From positions 32,001-96,000 of the IMG/VR virus record IMGVR_UViG_3300011774_000001: a stretch of 64,000 bases of DNA; one strand, given 5' to 3'. The stretch comes from a virus (lineage: Duplodnaviria > Caudoviricetes). Both the position numbers and the translations under genes were made by a program. Of this stretch, positions 48,096 to 56,031 are shown in pieces. Under the pieces are notes generated by a model. That model was given only the letters and a program-made list of their open reading frames with translations, did no database searches and was not told where the DNA came from. Each line of letters begins with the position of its first letter. The stretch's first letter is position 1.

Positions 48096-48301
48096 GAATG
48101 CTCGATTACAACAATCAGCAGTTTCGGGACGAGAAAGGGTTCAGTTACCAAAGTCTCCAAACCACGGTCTGGGAATCGGCGCTGGCAACCCCCTATGTTC
48201 GATCAGCCATGCACATGCAACAATCGGCTAATGGCATGTCCGGCAGCCATTACGAAGATCGCTTCCCTCTAAAGGGACGGTTTAGTAGGTACACGAAATA
48301 A
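48092..48301 (+). CDS. Small hypothetical protein
   Basis: ATGA overlap. Confidence 0.6.
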   Translation: MRMLDYNNQQFRDEKGFSYQSLQTTVWESALATPYVRSAMHMQQSANGMSGSHYEDRFPLKGRFSRYTK

Positions 48302-48336
48302 ACAGATCTAAAAACTGAATTATCCATGTGAGTAAA
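48300..48336 (+). promoter_or_regulatory. Putative early promoter, followed by a 5'-UTR hairpin (48363-48387)
   Basis: aaacagatctaaaaactgaattatccatgtgagtaaa. Confidence 0.5.
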
Positions 48337-48413
48337 ACCTCTTGAAAGGTTCTCACGCCATTCCCCTGCCCATGGTCTGGTCAGGGGTCTACTATCTAGA
48401 AGGAAATATATCT

Positions 48414-48911
48414 GTGGCCATCCAAAAGAAACTGTCCAACGGCACCAAACACCTGCTGGCTCGTCTGGAAGCCGAAGTGAAAACCGTCCTCGGCGAAGAC
48501 AAGATGCCGGGCGATCTGGAAGTCACTCTGGACAACGAGAAGCTGGGTGAAGTGCTGACCGATTACCGCACCACCACCAGCGCCGGTGAACGCGGCGTGT
48601 CCGTTGACGACATCGAAGCCGTGGGCAACTTCCGTCGCGATCTGCAGAACGCAACTCGCATGTTCGCAGGCGATACCGGCCTGACCTACATGCAGGCCAA
48701 CGAAGATGCAGACAGCTACCGCATCACCGTCAACACCCAGGACAATGCCCTGTCGGTGCAGTCGGCGTTCTTCCGTCCTGGCAAGGAAGAGCAAGGCAAC
48801 ACCAACTTCGTCTCCATCACCGACCAGTGGACTGGCAGCGATGAAGACAAGGCCATCGAGAACCACCTGAAGGGCCTGACCAAAACTCTGGCCGGCGCCG
48901 TTAAGAAATGA
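48414..48911 (+). CDS. Hypothetical acidic protein, likely highly expressed
   Basis: AAGGA RBS + GTG; strongly biased codon usage. Confidence 0.8.
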   Translation: MAIQKKLSNGTKHLLARLEAEVKTVLGEDKMPGDLEVTLDNEKLGEVLTDYRTTTSAGERGVSVDDIEAVGNFRRDLQNATRMFAGDTGLTYMQANEDADSYRITVNTQDNALSVQSAFFRPGKEEQGNTNFVSITDQWTGSDEDKAIENHLKGLTKTLAGAVKK

Positions 48912-49327
48912 CCGGCGCCGTACCAGGCGAGGCTGTACACGTTGTCCGTCCAGAGGACGATGACGAGGCTGTCGAGTATGTGGCCAATCCTGATCGGGTG
49001 GGCGTTCTGCGCATCCAAACCGATCGGGGCTACTACCAGACCCAAGTCCGTTCTTCTTACGACTCGTACAAAGGGGCTGACGTTTCTGTCAAGCTCTTCG
49101 AACGTTCAACCGACGAAGAAATGGTCGGCGTGGACTTCAGCGAGGAACACTTGCGCATCATGATCCATGGTCCAAACAATCGCGGCTGGCAAGGCATCCG
49201 TGACATTGTTGGGCCTGATGCAGATGTAGTGGGTGGCGTAAGTCTGAATCGTGACGAGGCTCGTGAGGTAGGTACTGACCTGTTGTACTTTGCTGACAAC
49301 GGTCGCCTGCCAGGCCCCGCTAAGTAA
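48908..49327 (+). CDS. Hypothetical protein
   Basis: ATGA overlap; ends before the terminator. Confidence 0.75.
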   Translation: MTGAVPGEAVHVVRPEDDDEAVEYVANPDRVGVLRIQTDRGYYQTQVRSSYDSYKGADVSVKLFERSTDEEMVGVDFSEEHLRIMIHGPNNRGWQGIRDIVGPDADVVGGVSLNRDEAREVGTDLLYFADNGRLPGPAK

Positions 49328-49338
49328 CATCCCCCGTT

Positions 49339-49373
49339 GACCGGCCGCCATGGAAGGCAAGCCGGTCTTTTTT
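49339..49373 (+). terminator. Classical intrinsic terminator
   Basis: gaccggc...gccggtc followed by tttttt. Confidence 0.7.
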
Positions 49374-49412
49374 ATTCGGTTGTTTCTTTTTTGTTTAACT
49401 AGGAGGGATTCA

Positions 49413-50195
49413 ATGTTCGGTATCAGTGAAGAAGAAATGCGCGAGACTGAAAAGCTCGCGGACCTTTATGATCGCCTGCGTAAGTACGCTCGCGAAGCAC
49501 GGGTCAAAGTGATCGTGGCCACCGCGGGTGTGCAATGCGATGTGGAGAACACTGACTTGACTGTCAGCTGGGCACCCGCCACTCCACGCATCGTGGACTA
49601 TCTCAACATCGTCCGTACCAAGGAGCGCCCTGTGTCTGAGAAGACGCATGAGTTGTCTTGGGACTTCACCATGCCAATCGGCTACAGTGCCCTGCGCGAT
49701 GGTGTTACGCAAGAGCACGACGGTACCATGGACGTGGCAGAAGACCTGGCACTGGCAGCAGGTTCTGTGTCTGCGTTCATCAAGGATACTGCCGAGAAGT
49801 ACGGCCTAGATCCAAACATGTTGGAGCGCATGGTTGGTATGGAGAGTGGTGGTTTCCGGCGGGGGGATATTCCGATCGTAGGTCTGCAACATGACCACAT
49901 GGTTGATCGCGATGTTGAGTTCTTGTACCAGGGCACTATGCAACCCCTCATCGTGACAGGTGGTCGTCGTCCAGGGGTCCGCGAAGCCTTGTCCCGTTTG
50001 GCCAGTCAGCACGAGTTCCGTTCCATCCCTGGGTTCGATGCAGACTTCGACGGCCAGGTACATGGGCCTAAGCGTTACATCTCCAAGCGTCACTACTGGG
50101 GCGAAGGCGCAGATACTCCAGAGAGCGCCGCCCGCAAGCGTCGTCAATCCGATGTCAAGCCCAATGGTCGTAAGAAGAAAGGGTGGGAACGATGA
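49413..50195 (+). CDS. Hypothetical protein with basic C-terminal tail
   Basis: AGGAGG RBS; contains AEKYGLDP...ESGGFRRGD. Confidence 0.8.
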   Translation: MFGISEEEMRETEKLADLYDRLRKYAREARVKVIVATAGVQCDVENTDLTVSWAPATPRIVDYLNIVRTKERPVSEKTHELSWDFTMPIGYSALRDGVTQEHDGTMDVAEDLALAAGSVSAFIKDTAEKYGLDPNMLERMVGMESGGFRRGDIPIVGLQHDHMVDRDVEFLYQGTMQPLIVTGGRRPGVREALSRLASQHEFRSIPGFDADFDGQVHGPKRYISKRHYWGEGADTPESAARKRRQSDVKPNGRKKKGWER

Positions 50196-50485
50196 TGCTT
50201 CTGAGAACTGACAGCCAGCAACGCACCCTGTTCTCTGATGGACTGGTAGCGATGCACACGCATCACTCTCAGCAAACCCATGGAAAAGGCTACATGGGTG
50301 GTTACGTCGTTAACCACGTCGACAACCCTACCAACCCCTCTCGCACGGGTAGCTTCTACAGCTGCCGCAATGTGGCGTGGGGTGATGGCCCTGTACTTGA
50401 CCGTAAGGAAAGGCGCAGCGTCCTGTGGCGGGAAACTGGATTGTCTGTACAGCTGCAGGGGGCTAATCATGGAGATGGTGATTAA
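50192..50485 (+). CDS. Small hypothetical protein
   Basis: ATGA overlap. Confidence 0.6.
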   Translation: MMLLRTDSQQRTLFSDGLVAMHTHHSQQTHGKGYMGGYVVNHVDNPTNPSRTGSFYSCRNVAWGDGPVLDRKERRSVLWRETGLSVQLQGANHGDGD

Positions 50486-50750
50486 GCAAAAGCAGACACA
50501 GGGCGAAGATTGGCGAGGGGCTCAAACCGCCGGCGTACTTTGCCAGATCGCAATTGATGAGAATGGGTTCAACTGGTGCAGTACCGTTGGGCACATGACT
50601 CGCGAGAAGATCGACAAACCGGCCCCTCACTGGGCAGTTAGCGAGCGTAGCTTTTACGCCGGTCACCTGAACTTCCAAGGTTGTCTGAACATCTATGCCA
50701 GTGCGTCATTCAACGAAACACCGCTGTCTGTTACACCACGTAAGTTTTAA
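50469..50750 (+). CDS. Small hypothetical protein
   Basis: AGGGGG RBS. Confidence 0.6.
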   Translation: MEMVIKQKQTQGEDWRGAQTAGVLCQIAIDENGFNWCSTVGHMTREKIDKPAPHWAVSERSFYAGHLNFQGCLNIYASASFNETPLSVTPRKF

Positions 50751-50811
50751 CCATGCGACTACGGGCGTTCCCTGTAAGTTCGCTCGATAGTTACATACCG
50801 AGGATTGTTTC

Positions 50812-50970
50812 ATGAACCGTGATGAAATGAACGAGTTCCTGAATACCGCTTCACCTGACTGGGACGATGCAGAAGATCGACGAGACTTCTACGCCGCTCA
50901 AATGTTTGTGCTGGTTTTTATTATCATTGTTTGCCTGGTCCTTTGGGGTGTATCCAAATGGCTGGGTTAA
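50812..50970 (+). CDS. Small membrane protein (52 aa), below the ORF-track cutoff
   Basis: GAGGA RBS; MNRDEMNEFL...MFVLVFIIIVCLVLWGVSKWLG. Confidence 0.7.
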   Translation: MNRDEMNEFLNTASPDWDDAEDRRDFYAAQMFVLVFIIIVCLVLWGVSKWLG

Positions 50971-50981
50971 GGGGAATCAAG

Positions 50982-52178
50982 ATGGGTCGTACACTGGAAG
51001 ACTTTTTCGTACACGGCAAGCAACACAACAGCTTGTCCAACCGGACCTTTGTTCGCGTCAACGGTATGTTGATGGAGCAGCGGGCTACAGACCTGTCCGA
51101 GGTATCTTCGGAGCGTCCACGTCAGCCCACTTTCCACGACCTGACCAGCGGCAAGGTCAAGCGTATGCCATTCAACCTGCCTGACCATTCTCAGGTTGGC
51201 ATGATGGGTGGCCTCTACCGCGGCGCTGATGCTCTGAACATGAGCTTTAGCGGGAACAGGATAGCCGTGGAGCAATACACACCAGATGGCTTCCTGAAGC
51301 TGTTGGCCAACCCGCCGGCGGCCTGGGGCAAGTCTGGCTTCTGGATGGAAGCGTACCGAGCCTTTGCCAAGGACCCCGAATGGAGAGCCAAGGCCGAGGC
51401 CATCGTTCGTCACAACGCCGAGTGTGTGGGCGTGGACGTTGATTATCAGGAACAGTTGGTTCAACGCATCCTGAAGAATCTGGACATGCCTGAGCCTCCT
51501 AGTGGTGAAGAGTTGGCAGAACGCTTCAAGGCCATCAAGGAAAACGGTCAGGGCATTATGTTCACTATCGACAGCTACAGCTCTCCAAACGACAGTGTCG
51601 GTCAGCGCCGCATCGCCAAGCTCGGCGTACAGCGTGCTCAGTTGACTCTGGGCAACATTGTTGAAGCCCGGCACAAGTTCCGCTCTGGTAATCTGGAGAT
51701 CGAAGCTGGTGTGGTAGAAGAATGGATCTTGCGCGCTCACATCGATCAAGACGTAGACATGGCTCGGGCTATGGAGATCGATCGTCTGATCAAGGGTGAT
51801 ATGCAATGCGGTGCTTTTGTGAGCAAGATCCTCAAGTACCTGTCGGAACCCAGCACTCAAGACGATCCGAACGACTACGACTTCTCTCCAGCTATCCTGC
51901 GTCAACTGAACCACATGCAGTTGTTCGAACTGTTCAAGCAGGCTCGTCCAATTGCGTTGGCGGTCACTGACATCGGTCGGGCATTCAAGGCTGTGAAGGC
52001 GGTGCATCCAGAAGTGAAGTACGTCTACTTTGACGAACAACTGCGCTGGAAGCATGTTGACCGTAACTTCGACGGCATCGAAGTAGGCACTCCAGAGATT
52101 GACGATCTGTTGGAAACTGCTGCACTGGTTGCGGTTGATCGCGGCCTGCTCGGCAAATGGCTGAATCCAGCCGCTTAA
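50982..52178 (+). CDS. Hypothetical multidomain protein; C-terminal domain related to 55708-55923
   Basis: AGGGGA RBS; C-terminal HPEV..V.(F/Y)DE..RW...D...LE.AA. Confidence 0.8.
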   Translation: MGRTLEDFFVHGKQHNSLSNRTFVRVNGMLMEQRATDLSEVSSERPRQPTFHDLTSGKVKRMPFNLPDHSQVGMMGGLYRGADALNMSFSGNRIAVEQYTPDGFLKLLANPPAAWGKSGFWMEAYRAFAKDPEWRAKAEAIVRHNAECVGVDVDYQEQLVQRILKNLDMPEPPSGEELAERFKAIKENGQGIMFTIDSYSSPNDSVGQRRIAKLGVQRAQLTLGNIVEARHKFRSGNLEIEAGVVEEWILRAHIDQDVDMARAMEIDRLIKGDMQCGAFVSKILKYLSEPSTQDDPNDYDFSPAILRQLNHMQLFELFKQARPIALAVTDIGRAFKAVKAVHPEVKYVYFDEQLRWKHVDRNFDGIEVGTPEIDDLLETAALVAVDRGLLGKWLNPAA

Positions 52179-52234
52179 TGCAACACCACTCGACTGTATA
52201 GTTTGCAGTCCCCCTCACAACGGAGATACACCCG

Positions 52235-52579
52235 ATGAAACTCGTTATCAATGACGCCGGTGTCCTGGCCGCATTTACCAAAGTTGAAGGCAAGGAAGGT
52301 GTGGTTCAAGCCCAGGTCCTCGCTGGCAGCACCAACGAAAAGGTTCGCCTGCAAGCGCTGGGTGGTGCCGTTATCGAGTTGCCGGTTACCGACCTGCTCG
52401 CCACCCAATCCTTCGAAGCTGGCCAAACGATCCAGTTCACCGCCAATGGCTGGGTTGATGGCTTTGACTTCAAGGATATCAAACTGGTCGATAGCGCCAA
52501 GGCTGAAGAAGTGCGCAAGTCCACCGGCGGTAGCTCGCCTGCTGGCACCATCGCTGCGGTCAACCGCCGCCTCGACTGA
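52235..52579 (+). CDS. Hypothetical protein
   Basis: GGAG RBS; strongly biased codon usage. Confidence 0.8.
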   Translation: MKLVINDAGVLAAFTKVEGKEGVVQAQVLAGSTNEKVRLQALGGAVIELPVTDLLATQSFEAGQTIQFTANGWVDGFDFKDIKLVDSAKAEEVRKSTGGSSPAGTIAAVNRRLD

Positions 52580-52593
52580 TTACGCATCGGCCT

Positions 52594-52624
52594 GCTCCCC
52601 GGCACTCGCCGGGGAGTCTATGCC
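52594..52624 (+). terminator. Hairpin + CTATGCC terminator
   Basis: gctccccggc-actc-gccggggagt-ctatgcc. Confidence 0.75.
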
Positions 52625-52636
52625 CAAGGACAGGAA

Positions 52637-53143
52637 ATGACAACGATTGTTTACCGTCATGGCGAGCTGGCCACTGACAGTCGAGTTCTTCGACATCAAG
52701 ATCAACATGAACTGGAACGTTCGTCCTTTGCAGAAAAGGCTTACGTCAGTAAGTGTGGTCGAATGATTCTGGCCAAGGCTGGACCTACCCTCACTCCAGA
52801 GTTCATGGAGAAGTTGGTCGAGTCTCTGGTGCCACAGATTCTCAAATGGCGAAAAGATCCCAACTACCGGATCGAGGTTGCCGAAGTCACCAACAACTTC
52901 TGGGAAACCCTGCTGGTCATTACCAAGGACTCTGCACATCACCTCGCACAGTTCCGTACCTACCTTCTGGAGGGCGATGACTGGGCGACCTTAGGTAGCG
53001 GTCAGTTCTACGCTAAAGGCGCTCTAATGGCAGGACAGAGCGTTACAGAGGCAGTCAAAGCTACACTTCGCTTTGATCGTTTGTCGGGTGGCAAGATTTG
53101 GCACTACAAGGCCTCTGAACTTAAGCCTTTGGTTGAGGAGTAG
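52637..53143 (+). CDS. HslV/proteasome-type Ntn (Thr) peptidase
   Basis: MTTIVY..G.LATDSR, EK, LGSGQFYA.GAL.AG....EAV......D..SGG. Confidence 0.8.
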   Translation: MTTIVYRHGELATDSRVLRHQDQHELERSSFAEKAYVSKCGRMILAKAGPTLTPEFMEKLVESLVPQILKWRKDPNYRIEVAEVTNNFWETLLVITKDSAHHLAQFRTYLLEGDDWATLGSGQFYAKGALMAGQSVTEAVKATLRFDRLSGGKIWHYKASELKPLVEE

Positions 53144-53145
53144 GT

Positions 53146-53685
53146 ATGTCCAACGTAATTCTGTTCAAAGAAGGGCGTATTCGCTTTTGCCCCAACATCA
53201 ACTCGATTGTAGTTGATCCGGTGTTCATGTCGTTGGAAGACTGGGTTACACCGGCTGGGTTGCTGTTGCCAGTAAGTCGTGCTGCGTTTGACATGCGTGA
53301 AATGTTGCGTGACCCAACCTTCGAGGCAGACACCAGCTGGGAAGCACACAGCACTGGCATACTCGTGGGTAAGGACGGGCGTCTTTACGACTGTGAGTTT
53401 ACTCGCTATGGCGATAACGACCGGCTACGGGTGAGTAAGTCGTTGAAACCCACCAGTCAGAAGAATATGTGGGTCGTCTCCAGGAATAGCAACCTTGTCC
53501 AAGCTGGCATGACCATGTTGTTGTTCATCGAGGACCTGCATGAAGTTGTCGATAAGCTGGACAGGATCTCCCCCATCCTGCTAGACGACTATGAGGAGTG
53601 GGATTATGAAGCACTTGTCAAACACACTCGCGCCGAGATCGAGCGACAATTCCCTGACAACCCAGGCACTGCCCTTGGAGGGTGA
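53146..53685 (+). CDS. Hypothetical protein, possible inactive Ntn-fold partner
   Basis: GAGGAG RBS; similar length and N-terminal pattern to the upstream peptidase. Confidence 0.65.
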   Translation: MSNVILFKEGRIRFCPNINSIVVDPVFMSLEDWVTPAGLLLPVSRAAFDMREMLRDPTFEADTSWEAHSTGILVGKDGRLYDCEFTRYGDNDRLRVSKSLKPTSQKNMWVVSRNSNLVQAGMTMLLFIEDLHEVVDKLDRISPILLDDYEEWDYEALVKHTRAEIERQFPDNPGTALGG

Positions 53686-54040
53686 GTATCTTCCATCGGA
53701 CGAACCGGACCCAAGGAAAAGTCGGAAGGATAGGCAGGCCGAATGGTGGGCGCATCAGAACAAGGCCAGCCGAGTTCATGCCGCTTACTTTCATGTAGGT
53801 TTTCAGCAGTCCATAGATCCTGACAGAAAGATGGACATGTACGATGCGTTGGGTTATCTCTGGGGCATCGTGTTCTTCTCCTCTCCTGCCTGGCTTGTCA
53901 TCTTGTTTGGTTATGCTGAAAGAAAAGCGCCTGGCACTGCATTTGTCATTGTAGCCGCCTGCTTCATTCTCCCCATGCTCTACTTTATCTGTAAATGCAT
54001 TTGGGTAATTGCAAGGGGGCTCTGGAATGGAGAAAGGTAA
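53591..54040 (+). CDS. Membrane protein with 2 TM helices (start uncertain)
   Basis: Two hydrophobic segments in the C-terminal half. Confidence 0.65.
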   Translation: MRSGIMKHLSNTLAPRSSDNSLTTQALPLEGEYLPSDEPDPRKSRKDRQAEWWAHQNKASRVHAAYFHVGFQQSIDPDRKMDMYDALGYLWGIVFFSSPAWLVILFGYAERKAPGTAFVIVAACFILPMLYFICKCIWVIARGLWNGER

Positions 54041-54341
54041 AGAGGTAGGGCCGTTGGTTGGCGTGTTTCTTCCCGCACCCCTACCGCCTGAGGTCTCAAG
54101 CTTAAAAGCTGAAGACATCTACCGTTTCGAAGATTTGGTCGAAGCTATGGCCAAAGTAGAAGATGTGTACAGAACCGTAATCCTCAATCCAGAGGTTGAA
54201 ACGGCTAATGTACTCATTGAAGTCAGTACCACCCCAAGTCAAGGGAATAAGTTTGATGTTGATAACTTCCTTTGGCGGGTTGGTCTGCCGCTGCTGTCTT
54301 TCATGTTGATTGGCATTGCAGTGTTAACTTGTTTCATCTAA
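54027..54341 (+). CDS. Hypothetical protein with C-terminal TM helix
   Basis: AAGGGGG RBS; VGLPLLSFMLIGIAVLTCFI tail. Confidence 0.7.
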   Translation: MEKGKEVGPLVGVFLPAPLPPEVSSLKAEDIYRFEDLVEAMAKVEDVYRTVILNPEVETANVLIEVSTTPSQGNKFDVDNFLWRVGLPLLSFMLIGIAVLTCFI

Positions 54342-54378
54342 ACCATTAGCGCCCCACATGGGGTAAGGAACCTGCCAC

Positions 54379-54774
54379 ATGGCACCTGCAAACTCGATTG
54401 AACAACAAGTCATGGCGTACCTGATTCAATGCGCCATTGAACGTCGCACCACCACCTACGAAGAGCTGGCTCAGCACTTTCGTATGCCCACCACCTGGCC
54501 CCGTCTGAGTCAGACCCTGAGCCCCATTCTGTATCGCGTCTTTGACTGGTGCGAGCAGAAGCGCCTGCCCAAACTTACCGTACTGGTCGTGCGTAAGTCT
54601 GGTGCTGACATGGCTTTGCCGGGTCGCGGGTTCTGGGCTGTCTCTGGGATGCCTCAGATCGGCCGGATTGAGAAAGTCCTGCTGACCGAGATGTGGACTA
54701 CTGACGTGTTCAGTTATTTCACGATTCCCAGCGAACCCCTAATCGCCCACCCCTTACCCAAGGATGGTGTCTGA
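54379..54774 (+). CDS. Putative winged-helix-like protein
   Basis: TTYEELA...L...C....LP.L.VLVV.K......PG.GF pattern. Confidence 0.65.
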   Translation: MAPANSIEQQVMAYLIQCAIERRTTTYEELAQHFRMPTTWPRLSQTLSPILYRVFDWCEQKRLPKLTVLVVRKSGADMALPGRGFWAVSGMPQIGRIEKVLLTEMWTTDVFSYFTIPSEPLIAHPLPKDGV

Positions 54775-55016
54775 TGGCAGTTGAAGACGAGTATTGTCAC
54801 ATCTACCAAAACATGCAAGGCCGTTATGAAGACGGCCATCGTGTGGTGACTTCTCGGGTGGATGTGATCGATGCGGAAGGGATGTACGTGCGTGAGTTTG
54901 AAGAGGAGATCCCGGTCCCGCACCGTAAAGGCGTCGGCACCATCTGGACTCCCAACAGCTTCGACGCCTTCGCAACCCCTCCACCCCGCCACCGTTATCG
55001 GAGTCGGATCGTATGA
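54774..55016 (+). CDS. Small hypothetical protein
   Basis: TGATG coupling. Confidence 0.65.
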   Translation: MAVEDEYCHIYQNMQGRYEDGHRVVTSRVDVIDAEGMYVREFEEEIPVPHRKGVGTIWTPNSFDAFATPPPRHRYRSRIV

Positions 55017-55264
55017 GCCTTAAGTATTTCCGCACTCAGCGGGTTATCGAAAAGCCCAACGACAGTGACGAGACAACCCTTGAGTCTGCCACCCTCCACG
55101 AGGATGGACAGATTCAGGCGGTGTATCAACACTACAGCGCTGGGTCGTTGTTCTTCGAATCTCACATGTCCAACACGGACTGTGGCATTCGGCGGTACAA
55201 CCATAACCACGAGCCTTGGCTCATGCCCAAACTCAAAATGCTTTGGATGCCGGGGGTTCCATGA
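55013..55264 (+). CDS. Small hypothetical protein
   Basis: ATGA coupling, GGAG RBS. Confidence 0.65.
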   Translation: MSLKYFRTQRVIEKPNDSDETTLESATLHEDGQIQAVYQHYSAGSLFFESHMSNTDCGIRRYNHNHEPWLMPKLKMLWMPGVP

Positions 55265-55476
55265 GAGAGCTAAGATTCGTTAACACCCAATGTCATTCAC
55301 CGGATGGCGTTCCTATGGGACGCTCTTCGATGTTCACCGTCATGGACCAGGAAGGCCGCGCGGTGGCCTCGCAGTGGGTCAACAAAGAGGGCGGGCCTCG
55401 CAAGCGTTACACCTTCTACCCCAACACCTCGGCCTGGCAACGCAGCTACCCATTGTCTGAACGGCGAGTGCGGTGA
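55261..55476 (+). CDS. Small hypothetical protein
   Basis: ATGA coupling, GGGGG RBS. Confidence 0.65.
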   Translation: MRELRFVNTQCHSPDGVPMGRSSMFTVMDQEGRAVASQWVNKEGGPRKRYTFYPNTSAWQRSYPLSERRVR

Positions 55477-55697
55477 TGGATAGTCTTGTCTACTACAACC
55501 AACAGAAGCCCGATGCCGAACGAACGGTGAATGATCTTGTGGTTATCGTTGATGGTGAACGAAGCTACGGGCGACTTACGTTCACGTTGGCCGATGGTAC
55601 GGTTGAGGATGATTGGATCTTTCACTGTCGTAAGTGGGTTAGAAACGTCACGCCTCCTCGTGTCTACAAACAACCGCCGAACTACGAGTTCGTTTAA
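55476..55697 (+). CDS. Small hypothetical protein
   Basis: TGATG coupling. Confidence 0.65.
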   Translation: MDSLVYYNQQKPDAERTVNDLVVIVDGERSYGRLTFTLADGTVEDDWIFHCRKWVRNVTPPRVYKQPPNYEFV

Positions 55698-55707
55698 AGG
55701 AGTTATC

Positions 55708-55923
55708 ATGGAAAAGGTTCAAGCAGCACTGAAACACGTTGCCAGCATTCACCCAGAAGTTACCCAAGTGGTTTACGACGAAGACATTCGTTGGAGCTAT
55801 CAGGATGCTCAGGGCAACCCAGCAGACTTCACTGGTAGTCAGCCAGATATTGGTATCCTTGAAGATGCCGCTGATGAGATCTCCAACAACGGTCGCATCG
55901 GCGAAGTGTTCACCCTGCAATAA
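55708..55923 (+). CDS. Small hypothetical protein (stand-alone version of the C-terminal domain of 50982-52178)
   Basis: AAAGGAG RBS; HPEVTQVVYDEDIRW. Confidence 0.75.
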   Translation: MEKVQAALKHVASIHPEVTQVVYDEDIRWSYQDAQGNPADFTGSQPDIGILEDAADEISNNGRIGEVFTLQ

Positions 55924-55929
55924 GCCCCT

Positions 55930-55979
55930 GCTCCCCTACCTTCGGGTGGGGGAGTTTATGCCCTCACTTCTTTTTTTTT
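55930..55979 (+). terminator. UUCG hairpin + TTATGCC + distal T-tract
   Basis: gctcccctacc-ttcg-ggtgggggagt-ttatgcc. Confidence 0.8.
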
Positions 55980-55986
55980 GTTTGAC

Positions 55987-56015
55987 GGCATAATGGCCAG
56001 CCCGAAGGCCGGCCA
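55987..56015 (-). terminator. UUCG hairpin + TTATGCC terminator of the tail operon
   Basis: Minus strand tggccggcc-ttcg-ggctggcca-ttatgcc. Confidence 0.75.
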
Positions 56016-56031
56016 CCGTACCTCTGCATCT

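Noticed and set aside
551-56015. Dispersed hairpin repeats as a CRISPR array, REP or MITE family
   Set aside because: No constant repeat-spacer periodicity, no target-site duplications seen, stems differ in sequence, and positions are at gene ends.
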